Below are positions 23,937 through 35,455 of a stretch of 64,000 bases of DNA, in pieces. The position numbers were made by a program, and so were the translations under genes. Below the pieces are notes generated by a model that saw nothing but the letters and a program-made list of their open reading frames with translations, had not been told where the DNA came from and searched no databases. Every line of letters begins with the position of its first letter. Position 1 is the first letter of the stretch. Source of the DNA: an uncultured Gemmatimonadaceae bacterium (lineage in GTDB: Bacteria > Gemmatimonadota > Gemmatimonadetes > Gemmatimonadales > Gemmatimonadaceae); the NCBI GenBank assembly GCA_963716745.1, contig OY970320.1:96001-160000 (forward strand), read 5' to 3'.

Positions 23937-24413
23937 ATGAAGGTCCGTTGGGCAGCACTGCTGTTCGTGCTCGCCCTCGGTGCGCTCACGCCGGGGACAG
24001 TGAGGGCCCAGGCGACCCCGGTTAATCCGCCGGCACCGCCGGCGCCGCCCGCCCCCCCACGGAGCCCCGGGTTCGAGCTCCAACAGAATAGCCCGAACCC
24101 GTTCACGCAAACGACCATCATCCCGTTCACACTCGGCGATCCGCCCGGCTGCAGCGACGGCGGCCGCGAGTACACGGTGACGCTGCGCATCTTCAACGTG
24201 CTCGCGCAGCTCATGGCGATCCCGGTGCTGCAGACGGGCGAGTTCGCGAACGGGCAGCTCCTGTCGGGACTCGCCCTCCGCTGCGGCAACTACATCGCAT
24301 TCTGGAACGGCAACTTCCTCAACACGACGCAGCCAGTGCCGCCGGGCGTCTACCTGTACCGCATCGAAGTCGACGGTCGCGCGACGGCGAGGAAAATGGT
24401 CGTGGTTCGATAG
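23937..24413 (+). CDS. Small exported protein: Pro-rich linker plus FlgD-Ig / T9SS type-A CTD-like domain
   Basis: Signal peptide; FELQQNSPNPF, LRIFNVL, WNG, GVYLYRI...RKMVVVR. Confidence 0.75.
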   Translation: MKVRWAALLFVLALGALTPGTVRAQATPVNPPAPPAPPAPPRSPGFELQQNSPNPFTQTTIIPFTLGDPPGCSDGGREYTVTLRIFNVLAQLMAIPVLQTGEFANGQLLSGLALRCGNYIAFWNGNFLNTTQPVPPGVYLYRIEVDGRATARKMVVVR

Positions 24414-24440
24414 GGTGTGCATTGCAATGCACGATGCAGG

Positions 24441-24746
24441 CTATTTCTTTCCGACCCCCGCGTCCACCAGCTTCCACAGCGACTCTGCCCGTGCCGGTTG
24501 CGCCGACAGGGCACGCGCAGCGGCGTCGAGCTGCTCGGGCGTGACCTTGTAGCGCCGTAGGATCAGATGGCGCGTGGAGTCGCGCATCAGCGCATCGACC
24601 GTCGTATCTTGAGCATTACGCCTCAGGTCGATCATGCTGTGCACGAACGTCGTATCGCTCATCCCGAGCTGCGCCTTCTTCTCCGCCGGCGGACAAGCAG
24701 CGAGGAAGAACCCGACACCGATGGTCGTTGCGGAGCGTAATTTCAT
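24441..24746 (-). CDS. Small lipoprotein (DUF4296-like)
   Basis: Lipobox LAAC; MSDTTFV..., ILRRYKVTPEQL helical pattern. Confidence 0.6.
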   Translation of the reverse strand: MKLRSATTIGVGFFLAACPPAEKKAQLGMSDTTFVHSMIDLRRNAQDTTVDALMRDSTRHLILRRYKVTPEQLDAAARALSAQPARAESLWKLVDAGVGKK

Positions 24747-24783
24747 TCAACAAGGAGTTAGAGGCGGCGGGTGCAGCGTCATT

Positions 24784-24824
24784 GCATTCTAAGTCTAACG
24801 TCTAAGTCTAACGTCTGCAGTACC
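24784..24824. repeat. TCTAG-family repeat, single arm (copy 1)
   Basis: GCATTCTAAGTCTAACGTCTAAGTCTAACGTCTGCAGTACC; 13-nt period; similar to 54517-54557. Confidence 0.8.
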
Positions 24825-24896
24825 GACGCCAGAACTTACTATGCTATATTGACTTAAAGCCCAGATGATAAACCAGTTTAGGAGATAGAAAGTAGA

Positions 24897-27491
<2,595 letters not shown>

Positions 27492-27495
<4 letters not shown>

Positions 27496-27961
27496 CGCAG
27501 GAGCGCGACGTCGCGTGGATGAAGGAAGCGTTGGTGCTGGCGCGCGAAGCGGCGACGTCACGGCGATGTGCCCGTGGGCGCGATCGTCGTGCGTCGCGAC
27601 GAGGTACTCGCGAAGTCCGCGAACCGCACCGTGCGCGATCAGGATCCCACGGCGCATGCCGAGGTCATCGCCATCCGTGAGGCGTCGCGCGTGCTCGGCA
27701 GCTGGCGGCTGGATGGCTGCTCGCTCTACGTGACGCTCGAGCCCTGCGCGATGTGCGCCGGCGCGATCGTGCTCGCGCGCGTGGATCGCGTGGTCTACGG
27801 CGCCTGGGATGAGAAAGGCGGGCATGGCGGGCAGCGTGGCCGACTTGCTCCGTCATCCGCGTTTGAACCATCGCCCCGAGGTCCTGGCCGGTGTCTGCGA
27901 ACCGTCGAGCGCCGAGTTGCTGAAATCCTTCTTCGCCGATCGCCGAGCGCCGAGCGCCTAG
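27492..27961 (+). CDS. tadA: tRNA adenosine(34) deaminase; frameshifts near 27560 and 27816
   Basis: [26 protein letters not shown]; third frame [14 protein letters not shown]...LLKSFF. Confidence 0.93.
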
Positions 27962-28013
27962 GGCCCGCAGTTGGAGTACGGCCCCCGCGCCGTTAACTTT
28001 GTCCGTCCCCCAA

Positions 28014-28100
28014 GGACGGGTGGCCGAGTGGTTGAAGGCACCGGTCTCGAAAACCGGCATACCGGAAACGGTATCGTGAGTTCGAATCTCACCCCGTCCG
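28014..28100 (+). tRNA. tRNA-Ser (anticodon CGA)
   Basis: GGACGGG/CCCGTCC acceptor, TGGCCGAGTGG D-arm, CCGGT-CTCGAAA-ACCGG, long variable arm, TTCGAATC; no encoded CCA. Confidence 0.96.
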
Positions 28101-28109
28101 TGATGACAG

Positions 28110-28143
28110 AGAGCCCGCGCAGTGATGCGCGGGCTCTTTTTTA
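28110..28143 (+). terminator. Rho-independent terminator
   Basis: AGAGCCCGCGCA-gtga-TGCGCGGGCTCT followed by T-tract. Confidence 0.9.
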
Positions 28144-28161
28144 TCTCGACGGCGGAGGCGG

Positions 28162-29586
28162 TCAGAACGCCATCCACAAGTACAAGTACAACGCACTGTT
28201 GTTCATTGCGGTCCGTGGTGTCGTGCCATCGTACGCGCTCGCCCCGCCGTTGAACTTGGAGTAGAGTGTGTACTGGATCGCGAACCGCGTGTTCTGCCAC
28301 GGATTGTAATCGAACTCGCCGATCCATCCAGCGCTGTTCGGGCTCCCGCTGGCGCTGCCGGTCACGGCCCCCGGTTGGTAGAGCAATGCATCGGCAGTGC
28401 CGCTCGTGCCGAACGCCCCGAGCGTGAAGCCGAGATAAAGCGATGGGTCGTACGACGCGTTGACTTTCCAACTCGAGAGCGTGTTCGCGACTGACGACGC
28501 TTCACCTGATCCGAACGCCGCACCGAGCGACTGCGATTCGTGGATCCAGCTTGCGCGGCCAATGAGCGCGCCATCGGTCAGCTTGCGCTCATACTGCGCG
28601 TCGAGCGCCACGTCGGTATATCGATTCGTCGGGCCCGAGACGCCGGTCGGGCCCAATGAAGTCTCCATCCCGAACGTGCCCACCATCACATAGTCCTTGG
28701 ACCACTGATGTTGCAGCGCAACGCGCCAATATGGAGCGGCCCCGATCGGCAATCCGGTGACTGTCGTGTCGAGCGGATACGCGACACCCTGCGGCGCGCG
28801 CCCATATGCGGTGAACTCAGCATAGACCAGGTTGTTCCAAAGGCCGTACGCTCCGAGCCCCACCACCTGTTGGCCCAGCGCGCCGTCGACGATCGGTGCC
28901 GCGATGGGCGATGGAGCGATCGGCGACGACATGAACGGGAAGCTCCAGGCGGGCACCGTATTCCACGGATCTTGCACGGTGGGATTGTTCTCAAGCGAGA
29001 CGCCGTACACCAAGCTCTTCCCCGCAAACTGTGTGCGGTCGGCGAATCGCAGATCCACGTTGTCGAGTCCGATGGCGCCGTCCGGCGCGGTGTAGGTCAA
29101 CTGGATGAACGCTCCGATTCTTGGCGTCATCTCGCCGGCGTAGAACAGGCTCAATTGATCGGGAAAGAGCACGCCGCCATTCGCGGTGCCCGGGATCGCT
29201 GCGTTCAGGTGCGTCGACGACACCACAAGCATCGCGGCGACCGGCGAGATCGGCGACAGTTTCAGTGTTTCGCGGTCGGCCGAATCCTTCTGCGAGATGT
29301 TGACGAGACCCGTGAGCGTGTAGCCGTTGAGTTTGAAATTCCGGCCGAACGGTGTGAGTTGCGGGAACTGGTAGTGACACGCGCTGCACGCCAAGTGCGT
29401 TTGGCGGGAGAAACTTGGAAGCCGCCGCGCGAGTTGCGCGGCGCCCGCGGGATTCCCGGTGAGCGTGAAGCGCGCGCTCGCCGGCGACTCCCCGGCGGTC
29501 GCCATCGACCGGCGCGGCGCGAAGCCCGCCAGGAGCAGCGCGAGTGACGCAGCGCTCGCGATCTTGAGTGGACGAGAGATGGTCAT
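28162..29586 (-). CDS. Cyc2-like fused monoheme cytochrome c - outer-membrane porin
   Basis: Signal peptide; LPSFSRQTHLACSACHYQFPQLTPFGRNFKLNGY; then beta-strand-rich barrel ending LYLYLWMAF. Confidence 0.85.
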   Translation of the reverse strand: MTISRPLKIASAASLALLLAGFAPRRSMATAGESPASARFTLTGNPAGAAQLARRLPSFSRQTHLACSACHYQFPQLTPFGRNFKLNGYTLTGLVNISQKDSADRETLKLSPISPVAAMLVVSSTHLNAAIPGTANGGVLFPDQLSLFYAGEMTPRIGAFIQLTYTAPDGAIGLDNVDLRFADRTQFAGKSLVYGVSLENNPTVQDPWNTVPAWSFPFMSSPIAPSPIAAPIVDGALGQQVVGLGAYGLWNNLVYAEFTAYGRAPQGVAYPLDTTVTGLPIGAAPYWRVALQHQWSKDYVMVGTFGMETSLGPTGVSGPTNRYTDVALDAQYERKLTDGALIGRASWIHESQSLGAAFGSGEASSVANTLSSWKVNASYDPSLYLGFTLGAFGTSGTADALLYQPGAVTGSASGSPNSAGWIGEFDYNPWQNTRFAIQYTLYSKFNGGASAYDGTTPRTAMNNSALYLYLWMAF

Positions 29587-29633
29587 GTGGATCGACGCTC
29601 CCGGCGTGGAGGAATGGAACTGGGCCGTTCCGA

Positions 29634-30035
29634 TCAGGGCTTCGTTTTGCCGTGGCTCACCGACCACACATAGACCGCCACGTTGACCGCCTGCGCGTCG
29701 GAGATCCCGTTCGGATGGGAGACCATCGCGGTCCCGTCTACGCCGTGCGTGATCACCCGATAGATCTCCGGCAGAGTGCCGTTCGTCGCATCCTTCCATT
29801 TGTGCGCCTGAAGAGCTGGCGCGATGGGCGTGCCCTCGAGGTCCTGTCCATGACAGGCCAGGCAATTGCCGGCGCCATGGAACACCTGGCGGCCTTCAGC
29901 GATCATCGTGGTGGTGATCTGGGCGGTATCGGGGAGCGGTGCCTGCTCGATGCTCGCGCTGCCGGACGTCGACCCGAAAGCCGACGCGAGCACGACCACT
30001 CCGAGTGCAATGGCGATAGCGGAAGATTTGCGCAT
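29634..30035 (-). CDS. Periplasmic monoheme cytochrome c
   Basis: Signal peptide; GRQVF, CLACH, APAL, distal Met in GTAM. Confidence 0.9.
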   Translation of the reverse strand: MRKSSAIAIALGVVVLASAFGSTSGSASIEQAPLPDTAQITTTMIAEGRQVFHGAGNCLACHGQDLEGTPIAPALQAHKWKDATNGTLPEIYRVITHGVDGTAMVSHPNGISDAQAVNVAVYVWSVSHGKTKP

Positions 30036-30138
30036 GCGCGCACGATACGCGGGCTACGGCGTTAGCGCAGTCGGCAGAATCCCGGTTCGGCGTAAGGGTT
30101 TCGCTGAGTACGACCGCTGCGATCGCACCGGTCGACGG

Positions 30139-30828
30139 TCAGGGCCCGGTGGCGCCCCCGTCGGTCAGCAGCCCGAGCTTGAGCGCGAAGGCGACGTAAT
30201 CGGCACGCTTCATTAAGCCGACCTTCTCGTTGATCCGCTGTTTGTACGTATCGACAGTCTTCGGACTGATGACCAGCCGATCGCCGATCTCGGGCGCGGT
30301 GTAGCCTGCCGCTACCAGGCGCAGCACATTGCGCTCGCGCGCAGTCAGCTTCTCATATCGCGCTCGCTCGCCCGCGTGCTCGTCCTTCTTGGTCAGCTCT
30401 TTCGCCAGCACGAGCGCCGCCGTGGGCCGCACGAATATCTCCCCGCGCGCCACGGTTCGCACCGCGTTCACCAACTCGCGGTCCGCGACGCTCTTCATGA
30501 TGTAGCCTGAGGCGCCCGCCTCGAGCAGCGGCACGAGGTACTCCTCCTCCGCGTGCATTGTGAGCACGAGCACGCGCGTCGTACCGCCTTTCGCGGTGAT
30601 CGCCTTCGTGGCGCTCAGGCCATCCATGCCTGCCATTGTCAGGTCCATCACGACGACATCCGGCTGGAGTCGCTCGACGAGCGCGAGCGCCTCCGAGCCA
30701 TTACTGGCCTCGCCCACGACTTCGATGCCTTGCGCGGCGCCGAGGACGGCCTTCAGGCCGGCGCGAACGATCGGGTGATCGTCGGTGAGGATCACGCGGA
30801 TCGTCGTGCCACTGATGCGGTCACTCAT
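30139..30828 (-). CDS. NarL/LuxR-family response regulator
   Basis: REC (TDDH, MDLTM, GYIMK) plus LuxR HTH (LTARE...EIGDRLVISPKTVDTY). Confidence 0.95.
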   Translation of the reverse strand: MSDRISGTTIRVILTDDHPIVRAGLKAVLGAAQGIEVVGEASNGSEALALVERLQPDVVVMDLTMAGMDGLSATKAITAKGGTTRVLVLTMHAEEEYLVPLLEAGASGYIMKSVADRELVNAVRTVARGEIFVRPTAALVLAKELTKKDEHAGERARYEKLTARERNVLRLVAAGYTAPEIGDRLVISPKTVDTYKQRINEKVGLMKRADYVAFALKLGLLTDGGATGP

Positions 30829-31850
30829 CGTGCCAGCGGGATCGAGGTGCGAACGCGAGTTCCGGAGCCCATGGAGCTTTCGATCTCGAGGGATCCCCTC
30901 ACCAGTATCGTGCGCTCGCGCATGGAGAAGAGTCCCATGCCCGGCCGGCGGCGCTCCGCCTCGCGCAGGTCGAAGCCGGAGCCGTCGTCGGAGACTTCCA
31001 GCTGCGCCGCGCCGTCTGTGACGGTCACGCTGATGCGCACGGCGTCGGGGTCAGCATGGCGGACCGCATTTCCGAGCGCCTCCTGCGCGACGCGATAGAG
31101 CACGCTCGCCACGGGCGGCGGCAACTCCGTCACGTCGCCGGAAGCATCGACCGTCACCGGAACGCCGGAAGCGAGTCGCGTGGTACGCGCCAGCCACTCC
31201 AAAGCGGCGACGAGGCCGAGATCGTCCAGCACCCGCGGATGCACAGTGTGCGACAGGTGGCGGACTTCCTCGAGTGCGTCCACCGCCATATTGCGCACTT
31301 CGTCCAGGCGCTGCGCCGATCCCGCATCGCGCTCCTCGCGTACGGCGACGCTCAGATGGAGCAGGAGCGCGGTGAGCGTTTGTGCCACCGAGTCGTGCAG
31401 TTCGCGCGCGATCCGCCCTCGCTCCTCGTCCTGCGCGTTGATCACCTGCGACGCGAGGAGGCGCGACCGCGCACTGTCTGCCGTCAGATCGTCGAGAAGC
31501 GCATTGATGGCGCCGCCGACGCGGAAAAGGTCCGGATCGGCGAGGCGCGACGGCTCCACACGGGCAGCGCGGTCGCCGCGCAGCACGCGCGACGCCGTGA
31601 GCTCCAATTCTCGCAGCGGCCACAGCGCGAGGCGGACGAGTGCGAGGTTCACGATAAGCGCCGCGATCAACAGCCCCGCCATAGCGATCCCGATCTGCGG
31701 CCTCGCCGCCGGAACGAGCCGGTCGAGCACCAGCAGCGCCACCAGCACGATGACCAGGTTCGCGCCGGCGATCTTTGCGCCGAGTGATACGCGAACCACC
31801 CGCTCCCATGCACGGCGGGCCGATGCGTCCCCCTCGGTGGATGTCAGCAC
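30825..31850 (-). CDS. Sensor histidine kinase (2 TM, HAMP-like, HisKA_3, HATPase)
   Basis: ERGRIARELHDSVAQ, QEALGNAVRHA, DDGSGF, GMGLFSMRER; start uncertain. Confidence 0.93.
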   Translation of the reverse strand: MLTSTEGDASARRAWERVVRVSLGAKIAGANLVIVLVALLVLDRLVPAARPQIGIAMAGLLIAALIVNLALVRLALWPLRELELTASRVLRGDRAARVEPSRLADPDLFRVGGAINALLDDLTADSARSRLLASQVINAQDEERGRIARELHDSVAQTLTALLLHLSVAVREERDAGSAQRLDEVRNMAVDALEEVRHLSHTVHPRVLDDLGLVAALEWLARTTRLASGVPVTVDASGDVTELPPPVASVLYRVAQEALGNAVRHADPDAVRISVTVTDGAAQLEVSDDGSGFDLREAERRRPGMGLFSMRERTILVRGSLEIESSMGSGTRVRTSIPLAR

Positions 31851-31859
31851 GTACTGAAT

Positions 31860-33104
31860 CTAGCGCGCACCGCTGGTGCCGGAGTCCGGCGTCCGGATGT
31901 GTTCCGCGCGGAATCCGATCCCGATGACACGCGCCGGGAATGCGCCGCAGCAGCGCGAACTTCTGCAGCAACCAGAGCGGGAAGGGGAGTCTCGAGATCG
32001 GGCCCGTGGACGCGAGTGCGGGGGCGATCACGCGCTTGTGGGCGAGTGCCTGCAGCTGTTGGGTCATGCGCGTGGGGAATGCTCGGCGCGCCTGAACCCG
32101 ATTCAGCGTGTCGAGATCCACAGCGCCGTGCGATAGCGGCTCGGCGAGGATGTTCGCGGCGGCGACGGCGTCCTGGATGGCGAGATTGATGCCCACGCCG
32201 CCCACCGGACTCATCGCGTGCGCCGAGTCGCCGATGCAGAGCAGGCCATCGCGCGCCCACACTCTGAGATGGTCGAGCGCCACGGAGAGGAGCTTGATGT
32301 CGTCCCAGGTCGCGAGCTGCTGCGCGCGGTCCGGCGAAATACGGCGCGACGCGCTCGATGGTCGCGCGGAAGGCGGGCAAGGCCCGCTTTCTTGATGGCG
32401 TCCAAACCTCCCTTCGGAATGATGTACGCGCACTGCCAGTAGTCGCCGCGGTCGAGGGTCACGAGGATGCGACCTTCGCGCACGCGGCCGAGCGTCTGCT
32501 TCGGGTCGGTGGGCGCGTGATCGAGCCGCATCCAGAGCACGTCGATGGGCACGTTGTAGTCGAGGATCTCGAGGCCGGCCTTCTCGCGCACGATGGAGTG
32601 TCGTCCGTCGGCGCCCACGGTGAGATCGGCGCGGATCTCGAAGGCGCCTTCGGGTGATGTGCCGCGCACGCCGGCGACGCGGCCGCTCTCCACGATGAGA
32701 TCCGTGACCTCGTGCTCCATGCGCACCTGGAAGCCCGGATATTTCTTGCCGAGCTGCGCGATGAAGTCCAGGAAGTCCCACTGCGGCATGAGTGCGAGGA
32801 ACTTGCAGTGCGTGTGGAGGTGCCTGAAATCGGCGACGGTAAGCGAGAAGTCGTCGATCTGCGCGCCGATCGTGTGGAATTCCTGGTGCGGGCGCTTGAG
32901 GAATTCGTCGATCGCGCCCAGCTCGTACACCAGTTCGAGCGTGGACGGGTGGATCGTGTCGCCGCGGAAGTCCCGGAAGAAGTCGGCGTGCTTCTCGAGC
33001 ACGATGACATTCACGCCGGCGCGCGCGAGGAGGAGCCCGAGCACCATGCCGGCGGGTCCGCCACCGACGATGCAGCAGCGGGTGGTGGTGGCGGCGGGCG
33101 TCAT
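31860..33104 (-). CDS. FAD-dependent oxidoreductase/monooxygenase; about three frameshifts (near 32372, 32330, 31935)
   Basis: IVGGGPAG, VLEKH.DF.RDFRGD, GADGRHS, IGDSAHAMSPVGGVGINLAIQDA across successive frames. Confidence 0.88.
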
Positions 33105-33194
33105 GGCGGCAATATGTGATCCGCAGCGGCCGCTGTCACCTCGCGGCGATCCGGGTTAACTTTGTGCGCGGCCGCTCACGCGGTCGTTGTTGTT

Positions 33195-33281
33195 GGATGG
33201 GTGGCCGAGTGGTTTAAGGCGCACGCCTGGAAAGCGTGTGGGCTCGAAAGGGTCTCGCGAGTTCGAATCTCGCCCCATCCG
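33195..33281 (+). tRNA. tRNA-Ser (anticodon GGA)
   Basis: GGATGGG/CCCATCC acceptor, CACGC-CTGGAAA-GCGTG, long variable arm, TTCGAATC; no encoded CCA. Confidence 0.96.
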
Positions 33282-33475
33282 TGGAACGTGCGCCGCCGTG
33301 GGGGTACTGTGTGATGCAGGAGTGATCGGTATCACCGCGTGGACTAGTAGGCCGCCCTAGCACGTTTTGGTACTTGCGCGAATAACTAGGCTTGTTAGCA
33401 TTGAACTAAGCACCATCACATAGGCCGCGACGCTGCGGCCGGCTTGACGGGCGAGCTAACGGCTCCGCCAGTCGA

Positions 33476-33520
33476 AGGCGCGAAGATCGGAACCCACGAT
33501 CATCGCGCCTTTCTGTTTTC
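33476..33520 (+). terminator. Terminator-like hairpin in the leader of the downstream lipoprotein gene
   Basis: AGGCGCGA..GATCG/CGATC..TCGCGCCT followed by TTCTGTTTT. Confidence 0.55.
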
Positions 33521-33537
33521 AAGACTGCGAGGTTCCC

Positions 33538-34551
33538 ATGCGCTCATATATCTGCCGGTTGGTCGCGTTCTCGATCGTTTCGCTCTCGCTCGCCGCCTGC
33601 GGCGATCACTCGCCCAGCGCCCCCGTCCCGCCCTCCACGACCACCTTCGGCGGTCACTCGACGGTCGTGGTCGCGAACGTCCCCGGCTTCGCCGCCGATG
33701 CGGTGATCGGCGTGACCGGGCTCCTCCCGACCTTCGGCGGCGCGCTCGAGACATCGCAGCCGTCCGCGCAGATCCCGGGCCTGCTCGCCTCCGGCGATCT
33801 TCACGCATCCGCGATCGGCCAGGGCAACTCGTCATTGTCGGAAGCGTCGGTGTCCGACCTCTCGCTCACGATCGGCGGCCACGTCATTGCCGCGCAGTTC
33901 GTACAGGCGCGCGCTCTGGCGCAATGCATTGCTCGCGTCGCGTTCACGAGGGGTGAGTCCTCGTTCGATGGACTCACGATCGATGGCGTCGGGGTCCTGG
34001 TCACCGGCCTGCCGAACCAGACGATCGCGCTCGCCGGTGGCGGCCAGCTGATCCTCGACGAGCAATCCACGACGCCCGGCGCGATCACGGTCACCGCCAT
34101 CCACATCATCATCCCTGACGCCGGCGACGTTACGGTCGCGAGCACGCACGCCGAAGTCGTCTGCGGCAACACGTGTCCGCCGGCACATGGCGACTTCATC
34201 ACCGGCGGCGGCTGGATCAAGGTCGATGGCGCGAAGGCCACCTTCTCCGTCTCCGGCGGCACGACCTCGAACGGCTTCTGGGGAGATCTCGAGTGGCATG
34301 ATCACGGCTCGGGTCTCACGGTCACCGGCACGGGCGTCACGGGCTACGCGATCATCGATGCCACCACGCGTCGCATTACCGGCAACGCGGACATTGATGG
34401 CGTGCCGGGCACGTACACCGCCACGGTGAGCGACAACGGCGAGCCGGGCCGAAACGACACGATCGACCTCTCGCTCTCGAATGGTTACCACGTGAGCGGT
34501 GCGCTCGGCGGCGGCAATCTGCAATTGCACCTGAAGCCGGAGTGCCCGTGA
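33538..34551 (+). CDS. Surface lipoprotein, choice-of-anchor-P-like plus post-COAP-1-like domain
   Basis: Lipobox LAAC; PNQTI.L.GGG.LILDEQ, ITVTAIHI; C-terminal FITGGGWI...DNGEPG...LGGGNLQLH. Confidence 0.7.
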   Translation: MRSYICRLVAFSIVSLSLAACGDHSPSAPVPPSTTTFGGHSTVVVANVPGFAADAVIGVTGLLPTFGGALETSQPSAQIPGLLASGDLHASAIGQGNSSLSEASVSDLSLTIGGHVIAAQFVQARALAQCIARVAFTRGESSFDGLTIDGVGVLVTGLPNQTIALAGGGQLILDEQSTTPGAITVTAIHIIIPDAGDVTVASTHAEVVCGNTCPPAHGDFITGGGWIKVDGAKATFSVSGGTTSNGFWGDLEWHDHGSGLTVTGTGVTGYAIIDATTRRITGNADIDGVPGTYTATVSDNGEPGRNDTIDLSLSNGYHVSGALGGGNLQLHLKPECP

Positions 34552-35378
34552 GTGCGCGCGTGACGTTCGCCCTCATCACGCTCGCGGCGGCGGTCATCGC
34601 TCTGTCGGCGCCGGTGCCGCACGTCGCGGCGCCGGCCGCCATCGCCGTGAAATTCCCCGAGGGCACCGTGCACGGATTCCTCGAGCTGCGCAGTGAATCG
34701 GGCGCGCTGCTCGCGCACGGCGATCTCACGCAGGTCGTGCGCGATGGCGGGATCGACAGCCGCATGATCTTCCACTTCGCCGATACGTCCACCGTATTCG
34801 ACGAGACCGTGCGCTTCACGCAGGATGGCTCGTTCGCGATGCAGGAGTATCACCTCGTGCAGCGCGGCGACATTTTTCCGTTCGCGCTCGACGCTACGAT
34901 CTCGCGCGACGGGCACTACACCGTGAGAACGACCTCCAAGGCGAAGGACGCCGTCGAACAGAAACTCACGGGCAAGCTCGACCTGCCGTCCGATATCGCG
35001 AACGGTCTGCCGATCACGCTCGCGAAGAACATCGGAACACACGACGCACGCACGGTGCACATCGTGGCGTTCACGCCGGAACCGCGCGTCATCGGCCTCG
35101 AGATCGCACCCGCGGCGGCGAGCTCGGTGATGATCGGCGGCCATGCCGAGTCGGCCACCGAGTACGTGCTGCGGCCGAAACTGGGCGCGGCGCTGCACTT
35201 CTTCGCGTCGCTCGCGGGGAAGGCGCCGCCCGACAGTCATGCGTGGATCATCACGGATGACGTGCCTGCCTTCGTGCGCTTCGAGGGGCCGATGTATTAC
35301 GGACCGGTGTTCCATCTCGCGCTGGCGAGTCCGTCGGCGCCGGAGAACAAGTCGGGCCCGCCAAAGGAGCGCCACTAG
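34548..35378 (+). CDS. Exported hypothetical protein
   Basis: Signal-like N-terminus; FPEGTVHGFL, PAFVRFEGPMY; host-like codon usage; GTGA overlap. Confidence 0.65.
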   Translation: MSARVTFALITLAAAVIALSAPVPHVAAPAAIAVKFPEGTVHGFLELRSESGALLAHGDLTQVVRDGGIDSRMIFHFADTSTVFDETVRFTQDGSFAMQEYHLVQRGDIFPFALDATISRDGHYTVRTTSKAKDAVEQKLTGKLDLPSDIANGLPITLAKNIGTHDARTVHIVAFTPEPRVIGLEIAPAAASSVMIGGHAESATEYVLRPKLGAALHFFASLAGKAPPDSHAWIITDDVPAFVRFEGPMYYGPVFHLALASPSAPENKSGPPKERH

Positions 35379-35455
35379 CGGCACATGGGAATCGTGGGAT
35401 AATGTGACGCGGCGGCGGTCGCCGCCTTCCCCCGGCTCCCTGAGGAACCGCGCCC

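Noticed and set aside
24825..24896. CIRCE, HAIR or CtsR operator upstream of clpB
   Set aside because: AT-rich promoter-like region but no convincing match to these consensus sequences
28014..33281. Prophage or integrative element at tRNA-Ser
   Set aside because: No integrase or phage genes; the second tRNA is a complete different isoacceptor, not an att fragment
33282..33420. SRP RNA (ffs) after tadA and tRNA-Ser
   Set aside because: No CAGG-CCGGAAGG-AGCAG core found
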